Origin: an uncultured Draconibacterium sp.
Lineage (GTDB): Bacteria > Bacteroidota > Bacteroidia > Bacteroidales > FEN-979
Direction: 5' to 3'
DNA length: 60,492 bases
NCBI GenBank assembly: GCA_964387205.1
Contig: CAYLVY010000005.1
Coordinates: forward strand, 1-60,492
Below are positions 8,775 through 18,008 of this stretch, one piece after another. The notes beneath the pieces were generated by a model. That model was not told the DNA's origin. It ran no database searches and saw nothing but the letters and a program-made list of their open reading frames with translations. The translations under genes were made by a program, and so were the position numbers. Within the stretch, counting starts at the first letter, position 1; the number at the start of each line of letters is the position of its first letter.

Positions 8775-9332
8775 TCAAGCCATGAGATGGTCAGCAAGGA
8801 CTTTCAGACCGATACCGATCAACACCAGCCCTCCGGTAAATTCTGCCCATCTGGCCGGGATAAAGCTGGTTTTCTCCCCCAGTTTTACCCCGATCAGGGT
8901 CACTGCGAAGGTGATGACGGCAATTAAAGTAATAAGCATCAGTATGTTGACCTCAATCAGTCCGAAACCCACACCGGTCACCATCGCATCGATGCTGGTT
9001 GCGATGGCCAGGGTTATGAGCAATCCAAAGTTTTCAATGTTCTTGGTTTTTTCGGTCTTGGATGGGCGGAACGACTGACGGATCATTTTAAGGCCGATAA
9101 AGGCAAGTATCCCAAAGGCGATCCAGTGGTCTACCGCACCAATATAAGATTTGACCCCGCTGCCAATGAGCCAGCCTGCAACGGGCATTGCACCCTGGAA
9201 CAGGCCGAACATGGCTGCCATGACAAGGGTTGTTTTCCAGGAAGATCTATAGCAGGCGCCAATACCCAGGGCCGCAGCGAAACAATCCATCGCCAGCCCG
9301 AAGGAGATCAGAATCATTTCCGTTATTGTCAT
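8775..9332 (-). CDS. mntP: manganese efflux pump MntP family protein
   Basis: 185 aa with six hydrophobic segments. The N-terminus (ISFGLAMDCFAAALGIG) and the repeated second half (IATSIDAMVTGVGFG) are typical of MntP/YebN. Confidence 0.85.
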   Translation of the reverse strand: MTITEMILISFGLAMDCFAAALGIGACYRSSWKTTLVMAAMFGLFQGAMPVAGWLIGSGVKSYIGAVDHWIAFGILAFIGLKMIRQSFRPSKTEKTKNIENFGLLITLAIATSIDAMVTGVGFGLIEVNILMLITLIAVITFAVTLIGVKLGEKTSFIPARWAEFTGGLVLIGIGLKVLADHLMA

Positions 9333-9361
9333 TCTGCTGCAGCGATCTGTGAAAACCGGTT

Positions 9362-10738
9362 TTAGACAGTGGGCGCCAGTGAAACGGTGAAATGGCGCAT
9401 AATGGGTGCTTCTTCCACGATTTTATATCCTTTGCGGATACTATCCCGCCGGTCGAAAATGTTTTTCAGCGCCACTGCCACCACATCCATATGGTTGTTG
9501 GTATAGACCCGGCGTGGGATGGTAAGGCGCATCAACTCCAGCACGGGGTAACGGTTTTCCCGGGTCACAGGGTCACGATCGGCCAGCAGGGCACCAATCT
9601 CCACGGCACGTACTCCGGCCTCCCTGTATAGTTCAATGGCCAGGGTCTGGGCCTGAAACTCCTCTTTGGGAAGTTCACTCAGAAACCTTTTGGCATCCAC
9701 GAAAACGGCATGTCCTCCGATGGGTTGCTGCACCGGTACGCCGTATTCTATCAGTTTATTGCCCAGGTATTCTACTTGTCGTATCCGGGATTCCAGGTAT
9801 TCAAATTCGGTTCCTTCGTAAAGCCCCTGGGCCAGGGCATTCATATCCCTTCCCGACATTCCGCCGTAGGTGATGTATCCTTCAAAAAGAATGCTGTAAA
9901 CACTCGCTTTCTGAAAAACCTCCCTGTTGTTCAAAGCGATAAAACCACCCATGTTGACAATGGCATCTTTTTTTGAACTCATGGTCATCATGTCGGCCTG
10001 CAGGAACATCTCTCTGACGATCTCCCTAATCGTTTTATCCTGATAACCTGCTTCACGCATCTTGATAAAGTAAGCGTTTTCAGCGAACCGGGCCGAATCA
10101 AACAACACCGGTTTGCCATAACGGCTGGCCAGGTCACGCACCAGTTTCAGGTTTTCCATCGAAACCGGCTGACCACCTGCGGAGTTATTGGTGATGGTCA
10201 TGATGACGAAGGGGATCTTCGGGGCATATTTCCTGAGGGCATCCTCCAGTTTCCGGGGATCAATATTCCCTTTGAAGGGGTGGGAAACAGTGGTATCGAA
10301 GGCTTCATCAATGGTACAGTCAAGCGCCATGGCCCTTCTGAACTCAATATGTCCTTTGGTAGTATCGAAATGGGAATTTCCCGGGATGACATCACCCTCT
10401 TTGACCAATACGGAGAAGAGAACATTTTCTGCGGCGCGTCCCTGATGGGTCGGCAGGATGTATTCAAAACCGGTTACCTCCTGAATCGCATCCTGAAGTT
10501 TCCGGAAGGAGGTGGCGCCGGCATAACTTTCGTCCCCAAGCATCATGGCCGACCATTGACGGTCGCTCATGGCTCCTGTCCCGGAATCGGTGAGAAGATC
10601 AATAAACACCTGGTCGCTGCGCAACCTGAATAAATTGTAATCTGCCTCCCTGATCCACTGTTCACGTTCGCTAAGGGTACTCTTGCGGATAGTCTCCACC
10701 ATTTTGATCTTGTACGATTCCGAGAAGGGTAAATTCAT
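9362..10738 (-). CDS. tnaA: tryptophanase (beta-eliminating lyase family)
   Basis: 458 aa. The motifs DLLTDSGTGAMS, PTHQGRAAE, HFDTTKGH, NNSAGGQPVS, SARFAENAYFIK and MSSKKD (PLP lysine) align better with TnaA than with tyrosine phenol-lyase, judged by eye. Confidence 0.8.
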   Translation of the reverse strand: MNLPFSESYKIKMVETIRKSTLSEREQWIREADYNLFRLRSDQVFIDLLTDSGTGAMSDRQWSAMMLGDESYAGATSFRKLQDAIQEVTGFEYILPTHQGRAAENVLFSVLVKEGDVIPGNSHFDTTKGHIEFRRAMALDCTIDEAFDTTVSHPFKGNIDPRKLEDALRKYAPKIPFVIMTITNNSAGGQPVSMENLKLVRDLASRYGKPVLFDSARFAENAYFIKMREAGYQDKTIREIVREMFLQADMMTMSSKKDAIVNMGGFIALNNREVFQKASVYSILFEGYITYGGMSGRDMNALAQGLYEGTEFEYLESRIRQVEYLGNKLIEYGVPVQQPIGGHAVFVDAKRFLSELPKEEFQAQTLAIELYREAGVRAVEIGALLADRDPVTRENRYPVLELMRLTIPRRVYTNNHMDVVAVALKNIFDRRDSIRKGYKIVEEAPIMRHFTVSLAPTV

Positions 10739-10762
10739 GATTATAAGGTTTATTTAGCCTCG

Positions 10763-10770
10763 CAAAGATA
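10763..10770 (-). promoter_or_regulatory. candidate -7 promoter box (TATCTTTG) for tnaA
   Basis: Plus-strand CAAAGATA lies 24 nt upstream of the tnaA ATG (10738) and matches TAnnTTTG. Confidence 0.45.
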
Positions 10771-10827
10771 TAAATTTTATTATGTAACTTTTTTGAAAAA
10801 GCACTTGTCTGTTTTGTAAAATTCCTG

Positions 10828-10835
10828 TAGGTTTG
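10828..10835 (+). promoter_or_regulatory. candidate -7 promoter box (TAGGTTTG) for the ptb operon
   Basis: Matches TAnnTTTG, 60 nt upstream of the preferred ptb ATG (10896). It is divergent from the tnaA box. Confidence 0.3.
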
Positions 10836-10895
10836 TCGCAACTAATGTATTGTTCATCATATAACAAAAAAATTATTTTACGGAGGAAAATTTCA

Positions 10896-11822
10896 ATGAC
10901 TGCATCATCGGAAAATGTGACTAAAGGATGTCTGACTAAACTGTCTGATCTGAATAAACTGGCTGAAAAATCTGGAAAAAAGAGGTTGGCGGTAGCTGTC
11001 GCCCACGACGAGCACTGTCTGGAAGCAATTTGTGCTGTTGACAGAATGGGACTGGTGGAAGCTATATTGGTAGGAAATGAACCCAAAATCAAGGAGATTG
11101 CCGCGAAACTCAAACTGAATGTCGACGGGATGAAGATCATTCACGAGGAGAAAGATGCCGCGGCAGTGAAGATTGCCGTCACGATGGTGCGCAACCACGA
11201 AGCGGATATTCTGATGAAAGGCAATGTGCCTACCGCGACATTTCTGAGAGGCGTTCTGGATAAGGAAAACGGTTTGAGAAAAGGGGATGTGCTGTCCCAT
11301 TTTGCCTTATTCGAGTTGCCGACTTATCATAAGCTCCTGGGTTTGACCGATGCGGCCATGATCCCGGCGCCTGACTTCAAGACCAAGGTGGCCCTTACGG
11401 TCAATGCCGTGGAATTCATGAACAAACTGGGGTATGTGCGGCCGAAGGTAGCTGTTCTTGCGGCTGTGGAGATGGTCAACGAAGCGATGCCGGCCACGAT
11501 CGATGGCGCGATGCTTTCGAAAATGAGCCAGCGTGGTCAGATCAAAAACTGCATTATCGATGGGCCACTGGCCTATGATAATGCTGTAAGCGCCGCCAGC
11601 GCCAAACATAAGGGTATTGTCAGTGAAGTGGCCGGAGATGCCGATCTTCTGATCGCACCCGACATTGAAGCAGGTAATGTCCTCTACAAAGCATGGGGTT
11701 TCTCCGCCAACGCGCAACTTGCCGCTGTGGTACTTGGCGCTGCAGCACCCATTGTGCTTACTTCCCGTTCCGATACCGAAGATTCGAAGCAGGCCAGCAT
11801 CATCATGGCCGCTGCCATCTGA
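10896..11822 (+). CDS. ptb: phosphate butyryltransferase (phosphate acyltransferase family)
   Basis: PTA_PTB-type sequence (LAVAVAHDEHCLEAI...ADILMKGNV...LTDAAM...DGPLAYDNAVS...DADLLIAPDIEAGNVLYK). I prefer the internal ATG at 10896, which is preceded by GGAGGA. The track ORF starts at 10833. Confidence 0.8.
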   Translation: MTASSENVTKGCLTKLSDLNKLAEKSGKKRLAVAVAHDEHCLEAICAVDRMGLVEAILVGNEPKIKEIAAKLKLNVDGMKIIHEEKDAAAVKIAVTMVRNHEADILMKGNVPTATFLRGVLDKENGLRKGDVLSHFALFELPTYHKLLGLTDAAMIPAPDFKTKVALTVNAVEFMNKLGYVRPKVAVLAAVEMVNEAMPATIDGAMLSKMSQRGQIKNCIIDGPLAYDNAVSAASAKHKGIVSEVAGDADLLIAPDIEAGNVLYKAWGFSANAQLAAVVLGAAAPIVLTSRSDTEDSKQASIIMAAAI

Positions 11823-11842
11823 TACAAACCAATCCTTGACCC

Positions 11843-13381
11843 ATGGCCAGTCAGTTGTTTAAAACCAAATCGCTTACTGATTTACTTCAGGAAGCACACG
11901 ACAATAAGGCGGGGCTGAAGAAGACCCTGACAGGATTAAACCTTACTACCCTGGGAATAGGAGCCATCATCGGGGCCGGGATTTTTGTGCTGACCGGTCA
12001 GGCCGCAGCACAGTATGCCGGTCCCGCCATTGTGATCTCTTTCATTATTTCGGGGATCGCCTGCGCCTTTGCCGGTCTGTGTTATGCCGAATTTTCTTCG
12101 ATGATCCCGATCTCAGGAAGCGCTTATACCTATTCCTATGCCACCCTTGGTGAATTTCTGGCTTGGATCATCGGCTGGGACCTGATACTGGAGTACCTCT
12201 TTGCCGCCAGTACCGTATCGGTGGGTTGGTCGGGTTATGTAGTGAGTTTTCTGCGCGATTTCGGTGTGTTTATTCCCACCGCGTTGACTGCGGCTACAGG
12301 AACCACTCTCATCGAGGTGCCGGGCATCGGTTGGCAGGAGTTGACTAAAAACCTCCATCACTCCCTCACCGCACAGGGAATATTGGTCGATTCCCTGCCT
12401 CATGTAACCGCCATAGTGAACATGCCTGCCATGTTCATTATCGCAGTCCTGACTCTCCTGCTGGTAGTCGGAATCCGTGAATCGGCCAATTTTAATAACG
12501 TGATGGTGATCGTAAAAGTGGGCGTGATCATCATGTTTATCGCCATCGGGTTTGCCTTTGTCCGGGCGGATAACTGGCAGCCATTTATCCCGCAGAATAC
12601 AGGAGAATGGGGTCATTTTGGATGGAGCGGGATACTTCGGGGGGCAGGAGTTATTTTCTTCGCCTATATAGGTTTCGATGCCGTTTCCACAGCAGCCCAG
12701 GAAGCTAAAAATCCCCAGAAGGATATGCCCGTGGGTATTCTGGGTTCGCTGAGTGTTTCAACCATTTTGTATATTCTTGTGGCAGTGGTCCTTACCGGAA
12801 TAGTAAGTTATACCGCCCTGAATGTTGCCGATCCGGTGGCCGTTGGTGTCAATGCAATGGGTTCAGGTATGTTCTGGCTCCGGCCAATCGTGAAAATCGC
12901 AGCCATCGCCGGCCTGAGTTCCGTTATCCTGGTCATGTTGCTTGGACAACCCCGCATCTTTTATACGATGTCACGGGACGGATTGTTGCCCCCGGTCTTT
13001 TCAAAAGTTCATCCGAAATTTAAAACACCCTATATCAGTACCCTGCTCACAGGCTTCGTCGCCATTGTACTGGCCGGAGTCCTGCCCATCAGCATCCTTG
13101 GCGAACTGGTATCGATCGGTACGCTCCTGGCGTTTTCCATTGTTTGCGTCAGCATAATCATCCTCAGAAAAACAAAACCCGACGTGGAAAGACCTTTCCG
13201 CACACCTTGGGTGCCGGTCATACCTGCCCTCGGCGCGTTGATCTGTTTCGTTCAAATGGCCGCTTTACCACTGGATACCTGGGCACGGCTGCTGGTTTGG
13301 ATGGCCCTTGGCATGATCATCTATTTCACATATGGTATAAAGCATAGTAAAGTCAGACATCCACAAAATAATAATAATTAA
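11843..13381 (+). CDS. APC-superfamily amino acid permease (cationic amino acid transporter-like)
   Basis: 512 aa with more than 12 hydrophobic segments. The N-terminal signature is LTTLGIGAIIGAGIFVLTGQAA... Confidence 0.85.
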   Translation: MASQLFKTKSLTDLLQEAHDNKAGLKKTLTGLNLTTLGIGAIIGAGIFVLTGQAAAQYAGPAIVISFIISGIACAFAGLCYAEFSSMIPISGSAYTYSYATLGEFLAWIIGWDLILEYLFAASTVSVGWSGYVVSFLRDFGVFIPTALTAATGTTLIEVPGIGWQELTKNLHHSLTAQGILVDSLPHVTAIVNMPAMFIIAVLTLLLVVGIRESANFNNVMVIVKVGVIIMFIAIGFAFVRADNWQPFIPQNTGEWGHFGWSGILRGAGVIFFAYIGFDAVSTAAQEAKNPQKDMPVGILGSLSVSTILYILVAVVLTGIVSYTALNVADPVAVGVNAMGSGMFWLRPIVKIAAIAGLSSVILVMLLGQPRIFYTMSRDGLLPPVFSKVHPKFKTPYISTLLTGFVAIVLAGVLPISILGELVSIGTLLAFSIVCVSIIILRKTKPDVERPFRTPWVPVIPALGALICFVQMAALPLDTWARLLVWMALGMIIYFTYGIKHSKVRHPQNNNN

Positions 13382-13391
13382 ACCGGCCACT

Positions 13392-14468
13392 ATGAAAGAT
13401 GTTAGGGTCCTGGCCATCAATCCGGGTTCAACCTCCACCAAGATTGCGGTCTATCAGAATACTGAACCTATTCTTCTGAAGAATATCAAGCATACAACCG
13501 AAGAACTTGCCCCTTTTGCCAGGATCACCGATCAGTTTGCTTTCAGGAAAGAGATCATCCTGCAGCAACTGAAAGAGGCAGATATCAATCTGTCAGATCT
13601 TCAGGCAGTCGTTGGAAGAGGAGGGTTGCTGAAACCAATCGCCTCCGGCATTTATAAAGTGAATGACCGGATGATGGAAGATCTCCGCAACAGTCCGCTG
13701 GGCGAACATGCGAGTAACCTCGGCGGATTGATCGCCTACGACCTTGCGTTATCCCTTCCCAATGCCACAGCCTATATTGTAGACCCCATCGTGGTGGATG
13801 AATTCGATGAAATCGCCCGGATCTCCGGTCACCCATTGCTGAAACGGATATCGATTTTCCATGCCCTTAATCAAAAAGCTGTAGCCCGGGAGTTTGCCCG
13901 ATCGATCCACCGCAGGTATGAGGACCTTAACCTGATCGTGGCCCATCTGGGCGGCGGTATTACCATCGGAGCCCATCGAAAAGGGCGGGTTATCGATGTT
14001 AACCAGGGACTCGACGGCGAAGGGCCGTTCAGCCCGGAACGAACCGGTACCCTCCCGGTTGGAGACCTGGTCAGGCTTTGTTTCAGTGGAAAATACACCC
14101 TGAAAGAAGTTCAGAAAATGGTCAAAGGCGAAGGCGGGCTGGTGGCCTATCTCGGCACCAACAATGCTTACGATGTGGAGAAGATGGTGGATGAAGGCAA
14201 TAAAGACGCAGAACTCATTTATCACGCCATGGCCTACCAGGTAGCAAAGTATATCGGGGAGATGTACACGGTGCTGAAGTGCGAGGTGGATGCCATTCTG
14301 ATCACCGGAGGGATCGCTTACGATAAAGGATTTGTAAGCTGGATACAGGAACGGGTTTACAAACTGGCCCCCATTCATGTCTATCCCGGCGAGGACGAAA
14401 TGAAAGCCCTTGCCATCAACGGGGTGATGGTTGTAAGGGGGGAACTGGAAGTAAAGGATTACAACTAA
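13392..14468 (+). CDS. buk: butyrate kinase
   Basis: 358 aa. VLAINPGSTSTKIAVY, GRGGLLKP, EHASNLG and VAHLGGGITIG are typical of ASKHA-fold butyrate kinases. Confidence 0.9.
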   Translation: MKDVRVLAINPGSTSTKIAVYQNTEPILLKNIKHTTEELAPFARITDQFAFRKEIILQQLKEADINLSDLQAVVGRGGLLKPIASGIYKVNDRMMEDLRNSPLGEHASNLGGLIAYDLALSLPNATAYIVDPIVVDEFDEIARISGHPLLKRISIFHALNQKAVAREFARSIHRRYEDLNLIVAHLGGGITIGAHRKGRVIDVNQGLDGEGPFSPERTGTLPVGDLVRLCFSGKYTLKEVQKMVKGEGGLVAYLGTNNAYDVEKMVDEGNKDAELIYHAMAYQVAKYIGEMYTVLKCEVDAILITGGIAYDKGFVSWIQERVYKLAPIHVYPGEDEMKALAINGVMVVRGELEVKDYN

Positions 14469-14480
14469 AGGAGATTGTGC

Positions 14481-15131
14481 CTAGTTCATGGCCTCCATCA
14501 TCCATTTCACCAGATTGGCAGTGCCGGAGTAAATTTCACTGATCGAGGCATCAAGCATATAACAGGGGGTTGTGAAGATTTTTTGGTCGTGATTGGCAAT
14601 GACCTCTGCATGGTTCGTGGGTACAGATTTATTGCCGGAACGTTCAATGAACCCTCCGGATGCCGGGTCCTGACCGGTAGTCAGCGAAATCCCGGAAAAG
14701 AGCCGGGCGAGGATCACCGGTGCTATACACATGGCCCCGATGGGTTTTTTCGCTTTGTGCATGGCGAACACTGCATTCTCCACGTCCGGTTGTACCGTGC
14801 AGTTGTCACCCGCCACTGCCCAGTTACACAGGTTTTTGGCAGCGCCGAAACCACCGGGAAATATCAATGCATCAAAAGCATCGGCCCTGAACTCTGATAA
14901 GGGACGGATCCCCCCCCTGGCGATTCTGGCGGATTCTGCCAGTACATTCCTTTCTTCTTTCGATTCAGCGCCGGTGTAATGGTTGATGACATGATGCTGT
15001 GCCATGTCGGGTGCAAAACACTGATATCCCGCACCAGCCTGATCGATCGATAGCATGGTCAGCACAGCTTCGTGGATCTCGGCACCGTCATATACGCCGC
15101 ACCCGGCAAGAACAACTGCAAATTTCTTCAT
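14481..15131 (-). CDS. elbB: isoprenoid biosynthesis glyoxalase ElbB (DJ-1/PfpI family)
   Basis: MKKFAVVLAGCGVYDGAEIHEAVLTML...IFPGGFGAAKNL...MCIAP is collinear with E. coli ElbB from the ATG at 15131. The track start at 15155 is a TTG inside the candidate -7 box. Confidence 0.85.
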   Translation of the reverse strand: MKKFAVVLAGCGVYDGAEIHEAVLTMLSIDQAGAGYQCFAPDMAQHHVINHYTGAESKEERNVLAESARIARGGIRPLSEFRADAFDALIFPGGFGAAKNLCNWAVAGDNCTVQPDVENAVFAMHKAKKPIGAMCIAPVILARLFSGISLTTGQDPASGGFIERSGNKSVPTNHAEVIANHDQKIFTTPCYMLDASISEIYSGTANLVKWMMEAMN

Positions 15132-15152
15132 ATTGTGGTTTTTATCCATTTG

Positions 15153-15160
15153 CAAAGTTA
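15153..15160 (-). promoter_or_regulatory. candidate -7 promoter box (TAACTTTG) for elbB
   Basis: Plus-strand CAAAGTTA lies 21 nt upstream of the ATG at 15131. Confidence 0.4.
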
Positions 15161-15195
15161 ATTGAATTGGCGGTATAAAAAAAACACGAAATAAT

Positions 15196-15203
15196 TACCT
15201 TTG
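15196..15203 (+). promoter_or_regulatory. candidate -7 promoter box (TACCTTTG) for the sugar-nucleotide operon
   Basis: Matches TAnnTTTG, 39 nt upstream of the ATG at 15243. Confidence 0.4.
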
Positions 15204-15242
15204 CCTGAAAATTCCTAAAACAACCAAACAAATACTGCAAGA

Positions 15243-16373
15243 ATGAAGAAAATTCAGATGGTCGACCTGAAGAGTCAATATCTTCGGCTCAAAGACGACA
15301 TTGACAAAGGTATTGGCGAGGTTATCGACTCCTGTGCCTTCATTAATGGACCGGCGGTCCATGCTTTTCAGAAAGAACTGGAGGGGTACCTCGGGGTTAA
15401 ACATGTCGTTCCCTGTGCCAATGGGACCGATGCCCTTCAGGTTTCGATGATGGCGCTCGGACTTCAGCCCGGCGATGAAGTGATTACCGCCTCCTTCACC
15501 TTTATTGCCACTGCTGAGGTAATTGCCCTCCTTCGACTGACTCCGGTGCTGGTGGATGTGGATCCCGATACCTTCAATATTGACCCTGCGGCCATTGAAA
15601 GGGCCATCACACCAAAGACCAAAGCCATCGTCCCTGTTCATCTTTTTGGACAGTCGGCACCAATGGAGGCTATCATGGATATCGCCCGGCGCCATAACCT
15701 TTATGTGGTGGAGGATAATTGTCAGGCTATCGGCGCCGATTATATTTTTAGCGACGGGTCGCGTAAGAAAGCCGGTACCATTGGCCACATCGGTTGTACC
15801 TCTTTTTTCCCCAGCAAAAACCTGGGATGCTACGGCGATGGCGGGGCCATTTTTACCGACGATGATGACCTTGCCAGGCAAATGAGGATTGTCGTCAATC
15901 ATGGAATGGTGGTACGGTACTACCACGATTTTGTCGGGGTCAACTCGCGTCTCGACAGCCTCCAGGCTGCCATCCTGAAAGCCAAATTACCCCGTCTGGA
16001 CGAATTTGCCGCCAGGCGGCGCCAGGCAGCCGAATACTATGACAGGGCTTTTATTGGCCATCCCCGCCTGAAGATACCCTCACGCTACCCGGGATCTGAC
16101 CATGTGTTCCATCAATACACCCTTGTCTCCGATGGTGTCGACCGGAAAGCGCTCCTGGATCATCTTGGCGCCAGGGAAATACCCGCCATGATCTATTACC
16201 CGGTTCCGCTGCATATGCAAAAAGCATACCTGGATCCGCGCTATAAGCCGGGAGATTTTCCGGTTACCGAACACCTGTGCGACCATGTCTTCTCTCTGCC
16301 CATGCATACCGAACTCGACGAGGAGCAGTTGCACTACATTACTCAAAGCGTTCTTGATTTTATCAATCAGTGA
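15243..16373 (+). CDS. DegT/DnrJ/EryC1/StrS family sugar aminotransferase (WbpE-like)
   Basis: 376 aa, starting [16 protein letters not shown]... It has [16 protein letters not shown] and a PLP-lysine context (SFFPSKNLG). Confidence 0.85.
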   Translation: MKKIQMVDLKSQYLRLKDDIDKGIGEVIDSCAFINGPAVHAFQKELEGYLGVKHVVPCANGTDALQVSMMALGLQPGDEVITASFTFIATAEVIALLRLTPVLVDVDPDTFNIDPAAIERAITPKTKAIVPVHLFGQSAPMEAIMDIARRHNLYVVEDNCQAIGADYIFSDGSRKKAGTIGHIGCTSFFPSKNLGCYGDGGAIFTDDDDLARQMRIVVNHGMVVRYYHDFVGVNSRLDSLQAAILKAKLPRLDEFAARRRQAAEYYDRAFIGHPRLKIPSRYPGSDHVFHQYTLVSDGVDRKALLDHLGAREIPAMIYYPVPLHMQKAYLDPRYKPGDFPVTEHLCDHVFSLPMHTELDEEQLHYITQSVLDFINQ

Positions 16374-16374
16374 G

Positions 16375-16959
16375 ATGGAAAAGGATTATTTCGCCCATGA
16401 ATCCGCATTTATTGATGAGGGTTGCCATATCGGCAAAGAGACCAAAATATGGCATTTTTCCCATATCATGAATAACTGCCGGATCGGAGAACATTGTAAT
16501 ATTGGTCAGAATGTGGTGGTTTCACCGGGCGTGGTGCTGGGCCATAATGTCAAGGTACAGAATAACGTATCCATTTATACGGGTGTTATCTGTGAAGATG
16601 ATGTTTTCCTTGGTCCCTCCATGGTCTTTACCAATGTGATCAATCCGAGGAGTCATATCCTCCGGCGCGATCAGTACCAGCAAACCATGGTGCGGAGAGG
16701 GGCTTCCATAGGGGCGAATGCTACCATCGTATGCGGAAATGAAATCGGCGAATTTGCATTTATCGGCGCCGGGGCAGTGATTACCCGTGATGTGCCGGCT
16801 TACGCCCTTGTAGTGGGGAACCCGGGTCGTCAGGTTGGTTGGATGAGTGAATATGGTCATCGTTTGCATTTTAATGAAGAGGGTGTGGCCATCTGCCCGG
16901 AAAGTAATGAAAAGTACCGGCTGATTTCCGGTAATACTGTGAAAAAGGAAACAAAATGA
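16375..16959 (+). CDS. hexapeptide-repeat sugar N-acetyltransferase (WbpD-like)
   Basis: From the ATG at 16375, 1 nt after the upstream stop: [31 protein letters not shown]... with left-handed beta-helix repeats. The track ORF begins earlier, at 16285, inside the previous gene. Confidence 0.8.
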   Translation: MEKDYFAHESAFIDEGCHIGKETKIWHFSHIMNNCRIGEHCNIGQNVVVSPGVVLGHNVKVQNNVSIYTGVICEDDVFLGPSMVFTNVINPRSHILRRDQYQQTMVRRGASIGANATIVCGNEIGEFAFIGAGAVITRDVPAYALVVGNPGRQVGWMSEYGHRLHFNEEGVAICPESNEKYRLISGNTVKKETK

Positions 16960-17945
16960 ACCTTAAGCCCAGACCATTGAACTTCGCACTCGTGGGTGCT
17001 GCAGGATATATAGCCCCGCGGCATATGAAGGCGATCCGTGATACAGGCAACATGCTGACCTGTGCCTTGGATCCATACGACGGTGTTGGTCTCATTGATA
17101 CCTATTTCCCGGAAGCCGATTTTTTTATCGAGCCGGAAAGGTTCGACCGTCATCTCGACAAACTCCGCCGCATGGCCCATAACAAAAGCCGTTATGAAAC
17201 CATGAAGGTCGATTATGTTTCCATCTGCTCCCCAAATTACATGCACGATTCGCATATCCGCCTTGCCCTCAGGAATGAAGCTCATGCGATCTGTGAAAAG
17301 CCCATCGTCCTGAACCCCTGGAACCTCGATGCCCTTTTTGAAATTCAAAAGGAGACCGGGCGGAATGTCTTCACCGTGTTGCAGCTTCGTCTGCATCCAT
17401 CCATCATTGCCCTCAGGGAGGAAGTCGTCGCTGGCGGAACGGATAAGGTGTACGATATCGACCTCACCTATATCACTTCGAGGGGTAAATGGTATTTCAG
17501 GTCCTGGAAAGGAAACAAGGAAAAATCGGGGGGTATTGCCACCAATATCGGGGTGCATTTCTTCGATATGCTGACCTGGATCTTCGGCCCGGTGACGGAC
17601 AACCACGTCCATGTTCTGCAAAACGATAAAGCAGGGGGATTCCTGAATCTAAAACAAGCCAGGATACGATGGTTCCTGAGTATCGATTATCATGATATCC
17701 CTGAACCCGTGAAACTTGCCGGAAAACGCACCTACCGGATGTTGTCCATCAATGGGAAAGAGGTAGAGTTCAGCGACGGGTTTGCGGATCTTCATACCGA
17801 TGTGTACCGCGATATTCTTGCCGGCAACGGTTTCGGCCTGAAAGATACCCGTCAGAGCATCAATGTCGTCTATCAGATCCGGAATTCGATTCCGGTTGGA
17901 TTGCAGGGTGATTATCACCCGCTGCTCTCTGCCATACGAAAGTAG
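16956..17945 (+). CDS. Gfo/Idh/MocA family oxidoreductase (WbpB-like)
   Basis: 329 aa with a Rossmann N-terminus ([18 protein letters not shown]). The start overlaps the upstream stop (ATGA). Confidence 0.8.
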   Translation: MNLKPRPLNFALVGAAGYIAPRHMKAIRDTGNMLTCALDPYDGVGLIDTYFPEADFFIEPERFDRHLDKLRRMAHNKSRYETMKVDYVSICSPNYMHDSHIRLALRNEAHAICEKPIVLNPWNLDALFEIQKETGRNVFTVLQLRLHPSIIALREEVVAGGTDKVYDIDLTYITSRGKWYFRSWKGNKEKSGGIATNIGVHFFDMLTWIFGPVTDNHVHVLQNDKAGGFLNLKQARIRWFLSIDYHDIPEPVKLAGKRTYRMLSINGKEVEFSDGFADLHTDVYRDILAGNGFGLKDTRQSINVVYQIRNSIPVGLQGDYHPLLSAIRK

Positions 17946-18008
17946 GCCCGGCCTTTCCGAACTTCGATTTTTGTATTATCTTAGCCGTTTGAATCATCTC
18001 ATATACCT

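Noticed and set aside
9333-9361. Looked for a yybP-ykoY manganese riboswitch upstream of mntP.
   Set aside because: Only 29 nt separate mntP from the tnaA stop, which is far too short for the riboswitch.
10780-10860. A 26-codon minus-strand ORF (MMNNTLVATNLQEFYKTDKCFFKKVT) upstream of tnaA, considered as a TnaC-like leader peptide.
   Set aside because: It lies upstream of the candidate tnaA -7 box, so it is probably not on the tnaA transcript. It also contains no Trp codon and no recognisable stalling motif.
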